64,000 bases of DNA from Vulcanimicrobiota bacterium (GTDB lineage: Bacteria; Vulcanimicrobiota; Vulcanimicrobiia; Vulcanimicrobiales; Vulcanimicrobiaceae): contig CAVZQC010000001.1 in the NCBI GenBank assembly GCA_963777315.1, positions 96,001 to 160,000 of the forward strand, read 5' to 3'. Of this stretch, positions 53,603 through 63,527 are shown one piece after another (the stretch's first letter is position 1; the number at the start of each line of letters is the position of its first letter). Below the pieces are notes generated by a model. It did no database searches. It had not been told where the DNA came from and was given only the letters and a program-made list of their open reading frames with translations. The position numbers and the translations under genes are program-made.

Positions 53603-55263
53603 ATTCGTTTGAATAGTCTCGCAATGGTTTCTGCGTCCATTCTGACGATGGTCGGTCTCCCGTGCGGGCAGTGCATCGGATTATCGCATCGTCCCAGGCG
53701 TTCGACAAGCGTAATCATCTCGGAGAGTTCGAGCCGCTCGCCCGCACGAGTAACGGAGTGGCACGCCAGCGACGCCCAAACGCGTTCGCGCACGTTGCGC
53801 TGCTTGGGTTCCTCGCCGAGATCCTCCAAGAAGCCGGCAACGTCGAACGCGCGCGCGCCGTAACCGGCCGGCGTAGCCACGACGCGGTACGTGCGTTCGC
53901 CGAATGGCTCGATCTCCAGGCCGCCTTCGTGCAGAATGTCCAATGTGCCGTCCAGCGCAGCGCTTTGCGCAGCGCTCAATTCGAAGACGTTGGGAACCAG
54001 CATCGGCTCGCGCGCAACGCGATCGTGTGCGGCAGCGGCAATGCGCTCGTACGCAACGCGCTCGTGCGCCGCGTGCTGATCGACCAGAACCAGCGTTTGG
54101 CCGTCCGTCGCTACGATGAACGTGCCGTTCACCTGCGCGAGCACGCGCACGCCCGACGACGCCGGCTGCGCCACTTCAGCGTGCTCGAACAGCGTCTGCA
54201 AGTGCGCCAGGGCGCCGTCCATGTTCTGCGCAGCCGGTGAAACCGTCACGGCCTGCGAGAAGCGCGCGGTTGCGTTATCGCGCAGCGTCGTTGCAATGGC
54301 GCGTTTGACCGCTTCGAACACCTGTTGCCCGTAACGCAGCCGTACGTCGCTCTTGGTCGGATGCACGTTGGAATCAACCTGATCGGGCGGCAACGTCAAT
54401 GCCAGCACGCCGTACGGCTGGCGTCCGAGCATGGCGAACGTAGAATACCCGGCGCTCCACGCGCCTGCCATCAACGAGCTGCGCAGCAGCCGTCCGTTGA
54501 CGAACAGCAGCTGCATGCGGCGATCCGCGCGATCGAATCCGGGCAAACTGATGTAGCCTCGCAACTCGCCTTGCAATCCGCGCGCCGCCCCCGGATCCAA
54601 TGGGATGAGATTCTCCGCAGCGCTTTTACCGAAGACGCTCGCCAGACGCGCGCGAAGATCGTCGGTCGCCGGCATCACCCAGACCTCGCTTGCGTCGTGA
54701 TGCAGTGCGAAGGTGATGTGCGGATATGCCAGGGCGAACGCCGAGAGCCAGCCCGATACGCGATTGAATTCGGCGCCGGCCGAGCGCAAGTACTCGCGGC
54801 GCACCGGAACGTTTGCGAAAAGATCCCGCGCCCGGACCGTCGTTCCGGGCGGCCCGGGCGTGGGCACTACGGGTGCCGTGTGATCGGCGTGTGCGGTCAC
54901 GCGAGCGCCGAATTGCTCGTGCGGCCGGCGGGAGCTGACTTCAAGGTGCGCGACTGCCGCGATGCTGGCTAAACCCTCCCCGCGGAATCCCAGCGTGCCG
55001 ATGGATTCGAGATCGGCTGCCTGCGCGAGCTTGCTCGTCGCGTGCCGGCGAACGGCAAGATGCAGCTGGTCCGATGCGATGCCGTCACCATCGTCGACGA
55101 CCTCGACGAGCTCGATTCCGCCCTCGCGCAAGCTTACCGTAATTCGCGCAGCGCCCGCATCCACCGCATTTTCCACGAGCTCTTTGACCACCGACAACGG
55201 CCGCTCGACGATCTCTCCTGCGGCAATCTGGCCGATTGTGGTCCTGTCGAGGATGCGGATCAA
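53599..55263 (-). CDS. mutL: DNA mismatch repair protein MutL
   Basis: IAAGEIVERP, GFRGEGLASI, NVHPTK, DQHAAHE, CPHGRP. Confidence 0.97.
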   Translation of the reverse strand: MIRILDRTTIGQIAAGEIVERPLSVVKELVENAVDAGAARITVSLREGGIELVEVVDDGDGIASDQLHLAVRRHATSKLAQAADLESIGTLGFRGEGLASIAAVAHLEVSSRRPHEQFGARVTAHADHTAPVVPTPGPPGTTVRARDLFANVPVRREYLRSAGAEFNRVSGWLSAFALAYPHITFALHHDASEVWVMPATDDLRARLASVFGKSAAENLIPLDPGAARGLQGELRGYISLPGFDRADRRMQLLFVNGRLLRSSLMAGAWSAGYSTFAMLGRQPYGVLALTLPPDQVDSNVHPTKSDVRLRYGQQVFEAVKRAIATTLRDNATARFSQAVTVSPAAQNMDGALAHLQTLFEHAEVAQPASSGVRVLAQVNGTFIVATDGQTLVLVDQHAAHERVAYERIAAAAHDRVAREPMLVPNVFELSAAQSAALDGTLDILHEGGLEIEPFGERTYRVVATPAGYGARAFDVAGFLEDLGEEPKQRNVRERVWASLACHSVTRAGERLELSEMITLVERLGRCDNPMHCPHGRPTIVRMDAETIARLFKRI

Positions 55264-57764
55264 GAGTCGGCGTTCAACAGCGACAACTGCGCCGCCGGCG
55301 GGATCTTGGCCAGCTTGCCCCGCAGCGGAACCTGCTCTTCGACGTCTGCTTTGCCCGACAGCGCTTCGGCGATTTCTCGAGCGCGATCGACGACTGCGTC
55401 GGGAAGGCCGGCCATGCGCGCAACTTCGATGCCGAACGAGCGCGACGAACTGCCGGGCAGCACGCGGTGCGAAAACACCGGACCACCGCCCGCGCGCACG
55501 TTTTCAACCGCCGTAATGTGATAATTGGCGGCCGCCTTCCAATGCTCCGCGAGCGAAACCAACTCGTGGAAGTGGGTGGCGAACAGCACCATCGGAGCGT
55601 GCTCTTCCAAACCCAGCAGGAACTCGCACATCGCTTGCGCGATTGCCAGACCGTCCAAGGTCCCGGTACCGCGCCCCACTTCGTCGATCAGCAGGAGGCT
55701 GCGCCGCGTGCAGCGCCGCAGAATGTTCGCCGCTTGCGCCATTTCCAAGTAAAACGTCGATTGCCCCGAGGCCAAATCGTCGCCCGCGCCGATGCGCGTG
55801 AAGATGCGATCGACGATTCCCATTCTCAGCGATTTTGCGGGTACGAAAGATCCGATTTGCGCCATGATGGCGAGCAGGGCCGCTTGACGCAGATACGTCG
55901 ATTTGCCGCCCATGTTTGGGCCGGTAAGGAGGATGAAACGGTGTTCGCCGTCGCGCAGTTGCAGGTCGTTGGGAACAAAGCCGGTTCGGACGATCGCCTC
56001 CATCACGGGATGACGTCCGTCGGCAACATGCAGCTCGCTGCGCTCGACGAACTCGGGCTGCACGTAGCCCCGTTCGGCCGCACACTTGGCCAGCGAACAC
56101 AACACGTCGATTTCCGCTATCGCCTGCGCGGCCGCCAGCAAATCCTCGACCCGCCGCGCGATGCGATCGACAAGTTGCGCGAAGAGCCGTTCCTCGATTC
56201 GAATCCGGCGCGACTGCGCCGAAGCAATGGCGATCTCCAGTTCCTTGAGTTCCGGCGTGACGAAGCGCTCACCGCTCGTAAGCGTCTGCTTGCGCACGTA
56301 GTCGGCAGGAACTTGCGCCGCAAAACTTTTGCTCACCTCGATCGCGTAGCCGAACGCGCCCGAGAATTTTATCTTTAGCGACTTGATGCCGGTGCGCTCG
56401 CGCTCGCGCTCCTCCAGCTCGGAGAGCTTCGTTCGCGCGCTCGTGCGCAGTGAAATGCACTCGGCCAGATCGGCGTCGGCACCCTCACGGATGACTCCAC
56501 CTTCGGACAGCGCAGCTGGAGGATCGTCGACAAGGCTGCAGCGCAAGTCTTCCAGCAAGGCGTCGAAGTCGGCTATGGCGCGGCTCTGAGACCCCAAGGT
56601 CTTTGCGCAGAGTTGCCTGAGCGCAGGCACGATCTCCAGCGTGCGCCGCAGCGAGGCCAGGTCGTGCGGCTGCGCGCGTTTGAAACGCACCTTTTGCGCG
56701 ATGCGCTCGAGATCGTAGCAGCCGCGCAGCAGCTCTTGGACGGCGTCGCGCCGTACGTGCTCTTCGACCAGCGTTCGCACGCCGCAATGGCGCGCGTAAA
56801 TTGCATCGCGATCCACCAGGGGCGCCAAAATCCAGCGCGCAAGCATCCGCGATCCCATCGAGGTCGCGCACTTGTCGAGTGTGGCCAGAAGCGTTGCCTT
56901 CGGATTGGCGCCCAGCGCTCTGGTCAGCTCCAGGTTCTTTCTGGTGTGCTGGTCCAAAGCCAGGAATGTGCGTTCTCGATAAAACTTGGGCGCGCTGAGC
57001 ATTTGCGGCTCCTCGGCCGGCCCTGCCCGGTCGGATCCGATGCCTGCGCGTTTGACGAACGCCAGGAGTGCGTCGAGCGCACGATGGATCGCCAGCGATT
57101 CGTCCAGCGAGAAGCCGTCCACCGGCCCGCGCGCACGTGGCCCGACGACGGAAAGACCGGGTGCGGCCACGCGGGCGCCGAGCTCTTCGAGCGTGCTCGC
57201 GAGCGCCGTACGCAAATCGACGGGCATGTCGGCGACGACCTCGGCCGGAGCGACTCTGCCGAGCTCCGCAACCAGTTCGTCATACGCGGAATCGCCCGTC
57301 AATGCGGTGGCCGCGCACAAACCGGTCGACACGTCGGCATACGCCAGTGCGAAGGTGTCGTCCACGGCCGTGACGGCAGCCAAATAGTTATTCTGCTTAC
57401 CGTCCAACAGCTGATCTTCGATCAGCGTCCCGGGCGTGACGATCCGCACGACGTCGCGCCGCACCAGCTTATTGGGCTGCGGAATTTCGAGCTGCTCGGC
57501 AAGCGCGACGATGAACCGCTGCGCCACCAAGCGCGCCAGATACTGCGAGAGTGCATGATAAGGCACGCCGGCCATGGCGACGCGCTTGCCGCCGCCGGCT
57601 TCTTTGGACGTGAGCGCGATCGAAAGCGCAGGTGCGATCGTTTCCGCGTCCGGTCCGTAGGCTTCGTAAAAATCGCCGACGCGCGAAAGCAAAATCGCCT
57701 CCGGATGACGTGCCTTCATTCCGAAGTATTGTTCGAGCATCGGTGAGAACTGCTGCGCGCTCAC
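55260..57764 (-). CDS. mutS: DNA mismatch repair protein MutS
   Basis: GDFYE, TGPNMGGKSTY, GQSTF, DEVGRGT, FATHFHEL. Confidence 0.98.
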   Translation of the reverse strand: MSAQQFSPMLEQYFGMKARHPEAILLSRVGDFYEAYGPDAETIAPALSIALTSKEAGGGKRVAMAGVPYHALSQYLARLVAQRFIVALAEQLEIPQPNKLVRRDVVRIVTPGTLIEDQLLDGKQNNYLAAVTAVDDTFALAYADVSTGLCAATALTGDSAYDELVAELGRVAPAEVVADMPVDLRTALASTLEELGARVAAPGLSVVGPRARGPVDGFSLDESLAIHRALDALLAFVKRAGIGSDRAGPAEEPQMLSAPKFYRERTFLALDQHTRKNLELTRALGANPKATLLATLDKCATSMGSRMLARWILAPLVDRDAIYARHCGVRTLVEEHVRRDAVQELLRGCYDLERIAQKVRFKRAQPHDLASLRRTLEIVPALRQLCAKTLGSQSRAIADFDALLEDLRCSLVDDPPAALSEGGVIREGADADLAECISLRTSARTKLSELEERERERTGIKSLKIKFSGAFGYAIEVSKSFAAQVPADYVRKQTLTSGERFVTPELKELEIAIASAQSRRIRIEERLFAQLVDRIARRVEDLLAAAQAIAEIDVLCSLAKCAAERGYVQPEFVERSELHVADGRHPVMEAIVRTGFVPNDLQLRDGEHRFILLTGPNMGGKSTYLRQAALLAIMAQIGSFVPAKSLRMGIVDRIFTRIGAGDDLASGQSTFYLEMAQAANILRRCTRRSLLLIDEVGRGTGTLDGLAIAQAMCEFLLGLEEHAPMVLFATHFHELVSLAEHWKAAANYHITAVENVRAGGGPVFSHRVLPGSSSRSFGIEVARMAGLPDAVVDRAREIAEALSGKADVEEQVPLRGKLAKIPPAAQLSLLNADS

Positions 57765-57790
57765 GCCGCTGGCCGTTTCGGCGCAAAGCC

Positions 57791-57799
57791 TGTGGATAA
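57791..57799. promoter_or_regulatory. Single consensus DnaA box upstream of mutS
   Basis: TGTGGATAA (reverse complement TTATCCACA) in the miaB-mutS gap. Confidence 0.4.
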
Positions 57800-57824
57800 C
57801 TTGTTTACAGGTGCAGCAGGTTGT

Positions 57825-59222
57825 TCATACCAGCGTTATCAGCGGCGAAGCCACGGCAACGCCCGCGCCGGTGAAATACTGCGCGCGGCGTACGATCGTT
57901 CCGGTGCATCCCCAAGTGAACCCTTGTTGTATCTCGACATCGAGCCACGGCTCGCGCGCGTACAGCGCTTGCTCGAAATCCGGCGGCATCGGCGCGATGA
58001 CGGTGACGTTGTCCGTTGCCTTTGCCGCTAATTTACCGGCATCTTTTTTCGAAGGGCCCTGGATTAGGCAGCGGACCACGGTGCCGATCTTACCGGCGTG
58101 ATACGCCCGTGACGCCGCATTTTGCGCCTGCATCAACCGGCCGAATCGCTCCGAGGCGATCGCGGGCGCGACCTGTTCCCAGCGCGCGGCCGGCGTCCCC
58201 CGACGCGGCGAATACACGAACATGTACGCGTTTGCAAACACGCCGCTCTTGACGTAATCCAGAGTCAGCTCGAAATCCGCGTCGCTTTCGCCGGGAAAGC
58301 CCACGATGACGTCGGTCGTAATTGCCCAACCTGGCAAGTGCCGGTGAATCAGCCCGACGATTTCCCGGTAGCGTTCGAACGTGTACTTGCGGTTCATCCG
58401 GCGCAAGACCGCCTCGCTGGCCGATTGCAGCGGCAAATGGATGCGTGGATTCAGCTGGTCGACCTGCGCCAAATCGCCCAGGATCTTCTCGGTGAAATCC
58501 TTGGGATGCGGTGAGATGAAGGCCAAGCGCTCGAGGCCGGGAATCGCGCCCACCGCTTTGCACAGGTCGCCGAAGTCCAAACCGTTTACGGAATCTTTGT
58601 AGGCGTTGACCGTTTGCCCCACCAGCATGACTTCCCGCGCGCCGGCGCGCACGCGCTCCGAAACCTCGCAAAGAATTTCCGCGCTCGGGCGATGGTCGAA
58701 GCGTCCGCGAACGTGCGGCACGATGCAGAACGTGCAGTAGTAGGAGCATCCGCGCTGCACCGTAACGAAACCGCGCAAGTCCGAGAATGCGTCGGTCACG
58801 CAGTCCGCGGATCCGCCGAAGGGCACGAGCAAGGCCCGCTCCATCGAAAAATCGGTCTCCTCGAAGTCCGAATGCCAGCGCGCGATTGCGTCGCCCATTT
58901 GCACGAGTTGCGACGTGCCGAAAACGGCATCCACGTGCGGAACGATCTTGCGCATGCTATCGCGATCCTGTTCGGCCAAACACCCCATGACCGCAAGCCG
59001 TACGCCGGGATCGGCGATTTTCAAAACCTTGAAATGATTGATGCGGCCGTAAGCGCGCCGTTCGGCGTTATCGCGAACGGTGCACGTGTTCAGCACCACG
59101 ACGTTGGCGTCTTCGGGCCGCTCCGCAATCACGTAGCCGGCCGATGCGGCACGATCGGCGATGTATTGCGAGTCGGCTTCATTCATCTGACAGCCGAAGG
59201 TCTCGATATAGATGCTCGCCAC
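57825..59222 (-). CDS. miaB: tRNA-2-methylthio-N6-dimethylallyladenosine synthase
   Basis: TFGCQMN, NTCTVR, GCSYYCTFCIVP, DVIVGFPGE, YSPRRGT; GTG start. Confidence 0.9.
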   Translation of the reverse strand: MASIYIETFGCQMNEADSQYIADRAASAGYVIAERPEDANVVVLNTCTVRDNAERRAYGRINHFKVLKIADPGVRLAVMGCLAEQDRDSMRKIVPHVDAVFGTSQLVQMGDAIARWHSDFEETDFSMERALLVPFGGSADCVTDAFSDLRGFVTVQRGCSYYCTFCIVPHVRGRFDHRPSAEILCEVSERVRAGAREVMLVGQTVNAYKDSVNGLDFGDLCKAVGAIPGLERLAFISPHPKDFTEKILGDLAQVDQLNPRIHLPLQSASEAVLRRMNRKYTFERYREIVGLIHRHLPGWAITTDVIVGFPGESDADFELTLDYVKSGVFANAYMFVYSPRRGTPAARWEQVAPAIASERFGRLMQAQNAASRAYHAGKIGTVVRCLIQGPSKKDAGKLAAKATDNVTVIAPMPPDFEQALYAREPWLDVEIQQGFTWGCTGTIVRRAQYFTGAGVAVASPLITLV

Positions 59223-59269
59223 GCCGGGGAATACGCCGAGGCGGCCGGAAAGTCCCAGACGTGCACTCC

Positions 59270-60634
59270 GTGGAAGAACGCAGCGCCGTGCTGCGGCCGG
59301 CAACCGTTGCGATCGTGGGCCGCCCGAACGTCGGAAAGAGCGCGCTGTTCAATCGTTTGATCGGCAGGCGCCTGGCCATCGTCGAAGATTCACCCGGGGT
59401 CACGCGAGACCGATTGTACGCGCTTTGCGAATGGCGCGGTCGAACGTTCAGCTTGGTCGACACGGCGGGCATCGACACCGACCCGCACCAAGAGGGCGAC
59501 GTCGCTATTGCGACCCGGCGCCAAGCACAGGCCGCGGCCGCGCAAGCCGATGCGATCGTGTTCGTCGTCGACGCCGCCGGTGGACGCAACCCGCTCGACG
59601 ATGAAGTCGCTGCAATCTTACGCCGTACGCGCCGGCCGGTCGTCTTGGCCGCGAACAAAGCCGAATCGCCCAGCGCGTCCGCTGCGGTCTACGGCGAGTT
59701 CGCCTCGCTGGGCTTTGGACAACCCGTAGCGGTATCGGCCATTCACGGTGAAGGCACGGGCGATCTGCTCGACCGCGTAATCGAGCATCTCCCGCCCGAG
59801 CAACCGCAGGACGAGCAAGGGCGAGAACTCGCGTTGGCGTTAGTGGGTCGCCCCAACGTCGGAAAGAGCTCGCTCCTCAACGCCATGCTCGGCGAAGAAC
59901 GCGCGATCGTATCCGAAGTGCCGGGAACCACCCGCGATGCGGTGGATACGATATTGCAGTTTCACGAACATCGCATCCGCTTGATCGACACGGCGGGCGT
60001 ACGCAGAAAGCCGCAGCAGCACGGCGCAATCGAATACTATTCGGCCCTGCGCTCTTTATCGGCCATTGCGCGCTGCGATATCGCCATTCTGTTATTCGAC
60101 GCAATGCAGGGAATATTGGGACAAGAACGCCGGCTCGCGGGAATGATTTTGGAGGAACGCAGGGGTCTGGTGATCGCCGGCAACAAGTGGGATCTGGCCC
60201 GCGAACAAGGCGAGTATAGCCAAGGCGAGCTCGTCAACGTGATCTACGACCAGATGCCGTTCGCGCGGTTCGCTCCGGTCACGTTTCTTTCGGCCAAGAC
60301 GCGGCGGCGACTCGGCAGCTTGATGCCCGTGGTGATGAAAGTAGCCGCCAATCTCGACCGCCACGTGCCGACCGCGCGCCTGAATGCGGTCGTACGCGAT
60401 GCCGCCATGGCGCATCCGGCTCCGGCAATCGGCGGCAAACCCTTGAAGATGTACTATTGCTCTCAGCCGGCGACGCATCCGCCGCTGTTCGTCTTCCACT
60501 GCAACGATCCGGATCTCGTGCAGACGTCGTACAAACGCTTTTTGGAAAACGTCATCCGCCGCAACTTCGAATTCGAAGGCGTCCCGCTCACGCTCGAGTT
60601 TCGCGAACGCTCGCGCGAACATATCGAACAATGA
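59270..60634 (+). CDS. der: Ribosome biogenesis GTPase Der
   Basis: Two GRPNVGKS P-loops, two DTAG motifs, C-terminal KH-like domain; exact start uncertain. Confidence 0.96.
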   Translation: MEERSAVLRPATVAIVGRPNVGKSALFNRLIGRRLAIVEDSPGVTRDRLYALCEWRGRTFSLVDTAGIDTDPHQEGDVAIATRRQAQAAAAQADAIVFVVDAAGGRNPLDDEVAAILRRTRRPVVLAANKAESPSASAAVYGEFASLGFGQPVAVSAIHGEGTGDLLDRVIEHLPPEQPQDEQGRELALALVGRPNVGKSSLLNAMLGEERAIVSEVPGTTRDAVDTILQFHEHRIRLIDTAGVRRKPQQHGAIEYYSALRSLSAIARCDIAILLFDAMQGILGQERRLAGMILEERRGLVIAGNKWDLAREQGEYSQGELVNVIYDQMPFARFAPVTFLSAKTRRRLGSLMPVVMKVAANLDRHVPTARLNAVVRDAAMAHPAPAIGGKPLKMYYCSQPATHPPLFVFHCNDPDLVQTSYKRFLENVIRRNFEFEGVPLTLEFRERSREHIEQ

Positions 60635-61248
60635 ACGCCGCCGCGTACACCGGCATCGCTTTGGGTGCATTCTTCCTAGGATCGATTCCGTTCGGTCTGG
60701 TCATCGGCGGCGTCTTCTATCGCAGGGACATTCGCAAAAGCGGCAGCGGCAACATCGGCGCGATGAATGCATTGCGCACTTTGGGCAAAAGCGGCGCAGT
60801 TGCAGTGTTGCTTTTGGACGCGGCTAAAGGTTTCGTTCCGGCGGTGGCCATCATGCAGGGGCTTCACGATTCGCACCTGGCGGCGATCGCCGCCGCGTGC
60901 GCCGTATTCGCGCACTGCTTTTCGCCGTGGCTGCGATTGCGCGGCGGCAAAGGCGTGGCCACGTCATTCGGCGCCATCTTCGGGTTATCGTGGCCCGCAG
61001 GAGCGGTCGCGGTCGGGGGATGGCTGCTCGGAGCGCTCCCGACGACGTACTCGTCGGTCGGATCAATGCTCGGAAACGTTCTTGGGGCTCTGGCCTTGTG
61101 GTACTTCACGCGCGATCCGTGGCTGACCGGATACGGGGCGTTTGCTGCGATCCTTATCGTTTTCACGCACCGCGAAAACATCGTCCGTTTGCGGCAGGGC
61201 CGCGAAAGCGGCATTTCTTTTTTGGCGAACCGTCGCGTAAAGGATTGA
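60631..61248 (+). CDS. plsY: Glycerol-3-phosphate acyltransferase
   Basis: GSIPFG, GSGNIGAMN, GGKGVATS, HRENI.RL. Confidence 0.95.
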   Translation: MNAAAYTGIALGAFFLGSIPFGLVIGGVFYRRDIRKSGSGNIGAMNALRTLGKSGAVAVLLLDAAKGFVPAVAIMQGLHDSHLAAIAAACAVFAHCFSPWLRLRGGKGVATSFGAIFGLSWPAGAVAVGGWLLGALPTTYSSVGSMLGNVLGALALWYFTRDPWLTGYGAFAAILIVFTHRENIVRLRQGRESGISFLANRRVKD

Positions 61249-61250
61249 GT

Positions 61251-62141
61251 ATGTTCCACCGCATCGTTTCGGCGCTCGGCGCATCTTTTTTTCTGCTGAC
61301 TGCCGGCGCCGCCGCTCAATTCGTGCGCGTTCCCAGCAGCGAGCTGGTCAACGCGCTGGCAGGGGTTCGCGCGTTGAGCGACAGCAGCTTTGCGCAGCTC
61401 GTATGGTGGGCGCCCAATCCCATCGACCCGGGCATAACCGTTCCGGATTGGAATAACTCCGAGCGCCAAATCCTGCAGCTCAAACGCCACGACCGCGACG
61501 CGGTGCTGCAGTGGCTTACGGGAAACGGCCGCAAAGCGCTTTATGCGCGCGGGGCGACCGATGCGATGATCGGCGCGCGCGACCCGGCCTCGTTCGGCGC
61601 ATCTCCCGGCGCCACCCCGGCAGCGCGCTCGCGATATCGAACGCTCCCGTTGACGTCGGACGCGCTGCGCAGCGGCGTACCGCCAAGCGGTATCGTCGTG
61701 AACGGAGGTTTTGCGCTGATCGCGCGCGACGGTACCAAGGCAATCGTTTGTCTCTCCTTTACGAACGTTGCCGACCGCACCGCGACCCAAGTGCGTTTCA
61801 CGTTTCCGCTGCTGGACGTTAATGGCGCGAATTTGGGTGCTCTGTCGCTCGTGCGCACGGGTGAATTCTCGGCGCACGTCGCGATCAACGGGCCGCCCGA
61901 CGCGAATACGTACATCAACAACGGCCCGGGCCCGCGGGCGATGTTCGACAACTGCGTGGTTGCAGACCAAGGAACTGCCGCTCTGCCGCTGCTGCAGACG
62001 CGGTATGTTACGTACGCGATTTCCGCGGTGCGGTATGCCGACGGTTCGGTATGGCCGCAACCGACGCCGGCGCCAACCAGGGCTCGGCCCTCCGGGCTGC
62101 GTATTGGGCGGAGTCATGATTTCATCGAACGACCTTCGTAA
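61251..62141 (+). CDS. Secreted hypothetical protein
   Basis: Signal peptide; C-terminal domain FTN...GEFS...VRYADGSVW. Confidence 0.7.
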   Translation: MFHRIVSALGASFFLLTAGAAAQFVRVPSSELVNALAGVRALSDSSFAQLVWWAPNPIDPGITVPDWNNSERQILQLKRHDRDAVLQWLTGNGRKALYARGATDAMIGARDPASFGASPGATPAARSRYRTLPLTSDALRSGVPPSGIVVNGGFALIARDGTKAIVCLSFTNVADRTATQVRFTFPLLDVNGANLGALSLVRTGEFSAHVAINGPPDANTYINNGPGPRAMFDNCVVADQGTAALPLLQTRYVTYAISAVRYADGSVWPQPTPAPTRARPSGLRIGRSHDFIERPS

Positions 62142-62679
62142 CGGCGTCACGATCCTCGAGAACGGTCAGCTCTGGACCGTAATCGAGTTTTTGCACGTCA
62201 AACCCGGCAAAGGTTCGGCGTTCGTGCGCACGCGTTTGAAGAACGTCAAGACCGGCGCCACCGTTGAAAAAACGTTCCGCGCCGGCGAAAAGCTCGAACG
62301 CGCGACGGTGGACAACCGGCAGATGCAGATGCTCTACAACGACGCCGACGGCTACCACTTCATGGATCAGGAAACGTTCGAGAACGTGACGCTGCAGCGC
62401 GAGATCATCGGCGATCCGGCAGATTTCCTCAAGGACGGCATGGCGGTCGACGTGCAGTTTCACGACAGCATCCCAATCGGCTGCGACCTGCCGGCGCACG
62501 TCGAGCTGAAAATCGAGCAAACCGACCCGGGTTTCAAAGGCGACACGGCAACCGGCACGACCAAACCCGCCACGCTTGAAACCGGCGCAGTCGTCAACGT
62601 TCCGCTGTTCGTCAATCCGGGCGACGTGATCAGGATCGATACGCGCGACCGCCGGTATATCGGGCGAGTCGGCACATAA
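62116..62679 (+). CDS. efp: Elongation factor P
   Basis: HVKPGKGSAFVR, PGFKGDTA, KPATLETG, VPLFV. Confidence 0.98.
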   Translation: MISSNDLRNGVTILENGQLWTVIEFLHVKPGKGSAFVRTRLKNVKTGATVEKTFRAGEKLERATVDNRQMQMLYNDADGYHFMDQETFENVTLQREIIGDPADFLKDGMAVDVQFHDSIPIGCDLPAHVELKIEQTDPGFKGDTATGTTKPATLETGAVVNVPLFVNPGDVIRIDTRDRRYIGRVGT

Positions 62680-63449
62680 CCCCGACCCTGTTCTGGCTGT
62701 TCGCGACGGGCCTTGGCGCGAGCATCTTCGGATCGATGGTCGGTTTGGGCGGCGGGTTCATCGCCGTTCCCGTGCTGCTCCTGTTCTTCGGTCTTCCGCC
62801 CGCCCAGGCATCCGGCACTGCGCTCGGTTTGGTCGTCGCCAACAGCGGATCCGGCGCCCTGACGTATCTCGCGCAGCGTCGCGTGCACGTTCGCATCGGG
62901 CTGATCGTCGCATGCGGCGGTTTTCCCGCAAGCATATTGGGCGCGCTGGCTTCCGCGCGCATCTCGTCGCAGCTCTTCGACTGGCTCTTTGCCGCAGTTC
63001 TCATCGGCGTTGCCGGCGATATGGCGTTCAACCGGCGCAAACGCCTGGCTGGGCGCAGCGAACATCCGGCGCAGATCGTCGGCATGCCGTGGCACCGTGC
63101 TTTGGTGCTTGGGTTCGGCGTGGGCTTCATCTCGAGTTTGTTCGGCATCGGCGGCGGCGTGCTGCTGGTGCCCTCGCTGCTGTATTTCTCCGACCTGCCC
63201 GCGCACATGATAAGCGCGACCTCGCACTTCGGCATCGTGCTCACGTCGCCGGTGGGCTTGGCGGCGCACTGGGCGCAGCACGACATCAAATGGTCCTTCG
63301 TGGTTCCCCTGGTCGTGGGCGGCGTTCTGGGCGGCCCCATTGGTGCGCGCCTGTCGATGCGAATGGCGCAGACTCGACTGGTCGTGCTGGTCGCGTGCGC
63401 GCTCACCGTCGCGGCATTAGCCCTGGTGGCGCGGCATTTCGTACACTAA
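62676..63449 (+). CDS. TauE/SafE (TSUP) sulfite exporter family protein (ATA start at 62676 proposed; first ATG 62736)
   Basis: Two GxGGG repeats (GLGGGF, GIGGGV), ASGTAL / ATSHF, about 8 TM. Confidence 0.88.
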   Translation: MTPTLFWLFATGLGASIFGSMVGLGGGFIAVPVLLLFFGLPPAQASGTALGLVVANSGSGALTYLAQRRVHVRIGLIVACGGFPASILGALASARISSQLFDWLFAAVLIGVAGDMAFNRRKRLAGRSEHPAQIVGMPWHRALVLGFGVGFISSLFGIGGGVLLVPSLLYFSDLPAHMISATSHFGIVLTSPVGLAAHWAQHDIKWSFVVPLVVGGVLGGPIGARLSMRMAQTRLVVLVACALTVAALALVARHFVH

Positions 63450-63527
63450 CCTGCAATTCTCTTAGCACAGGCTTGACATAGCCGCAAGGAATGGGCCCCG
63501 GGCAGTTCTCAACTAGGAACTGCAGTC

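Noticed and set aside
57765..57824. oriC
   Set aside because: Only one DnaA box in a 60-bp gap; no dnaA gene or unwinding element.
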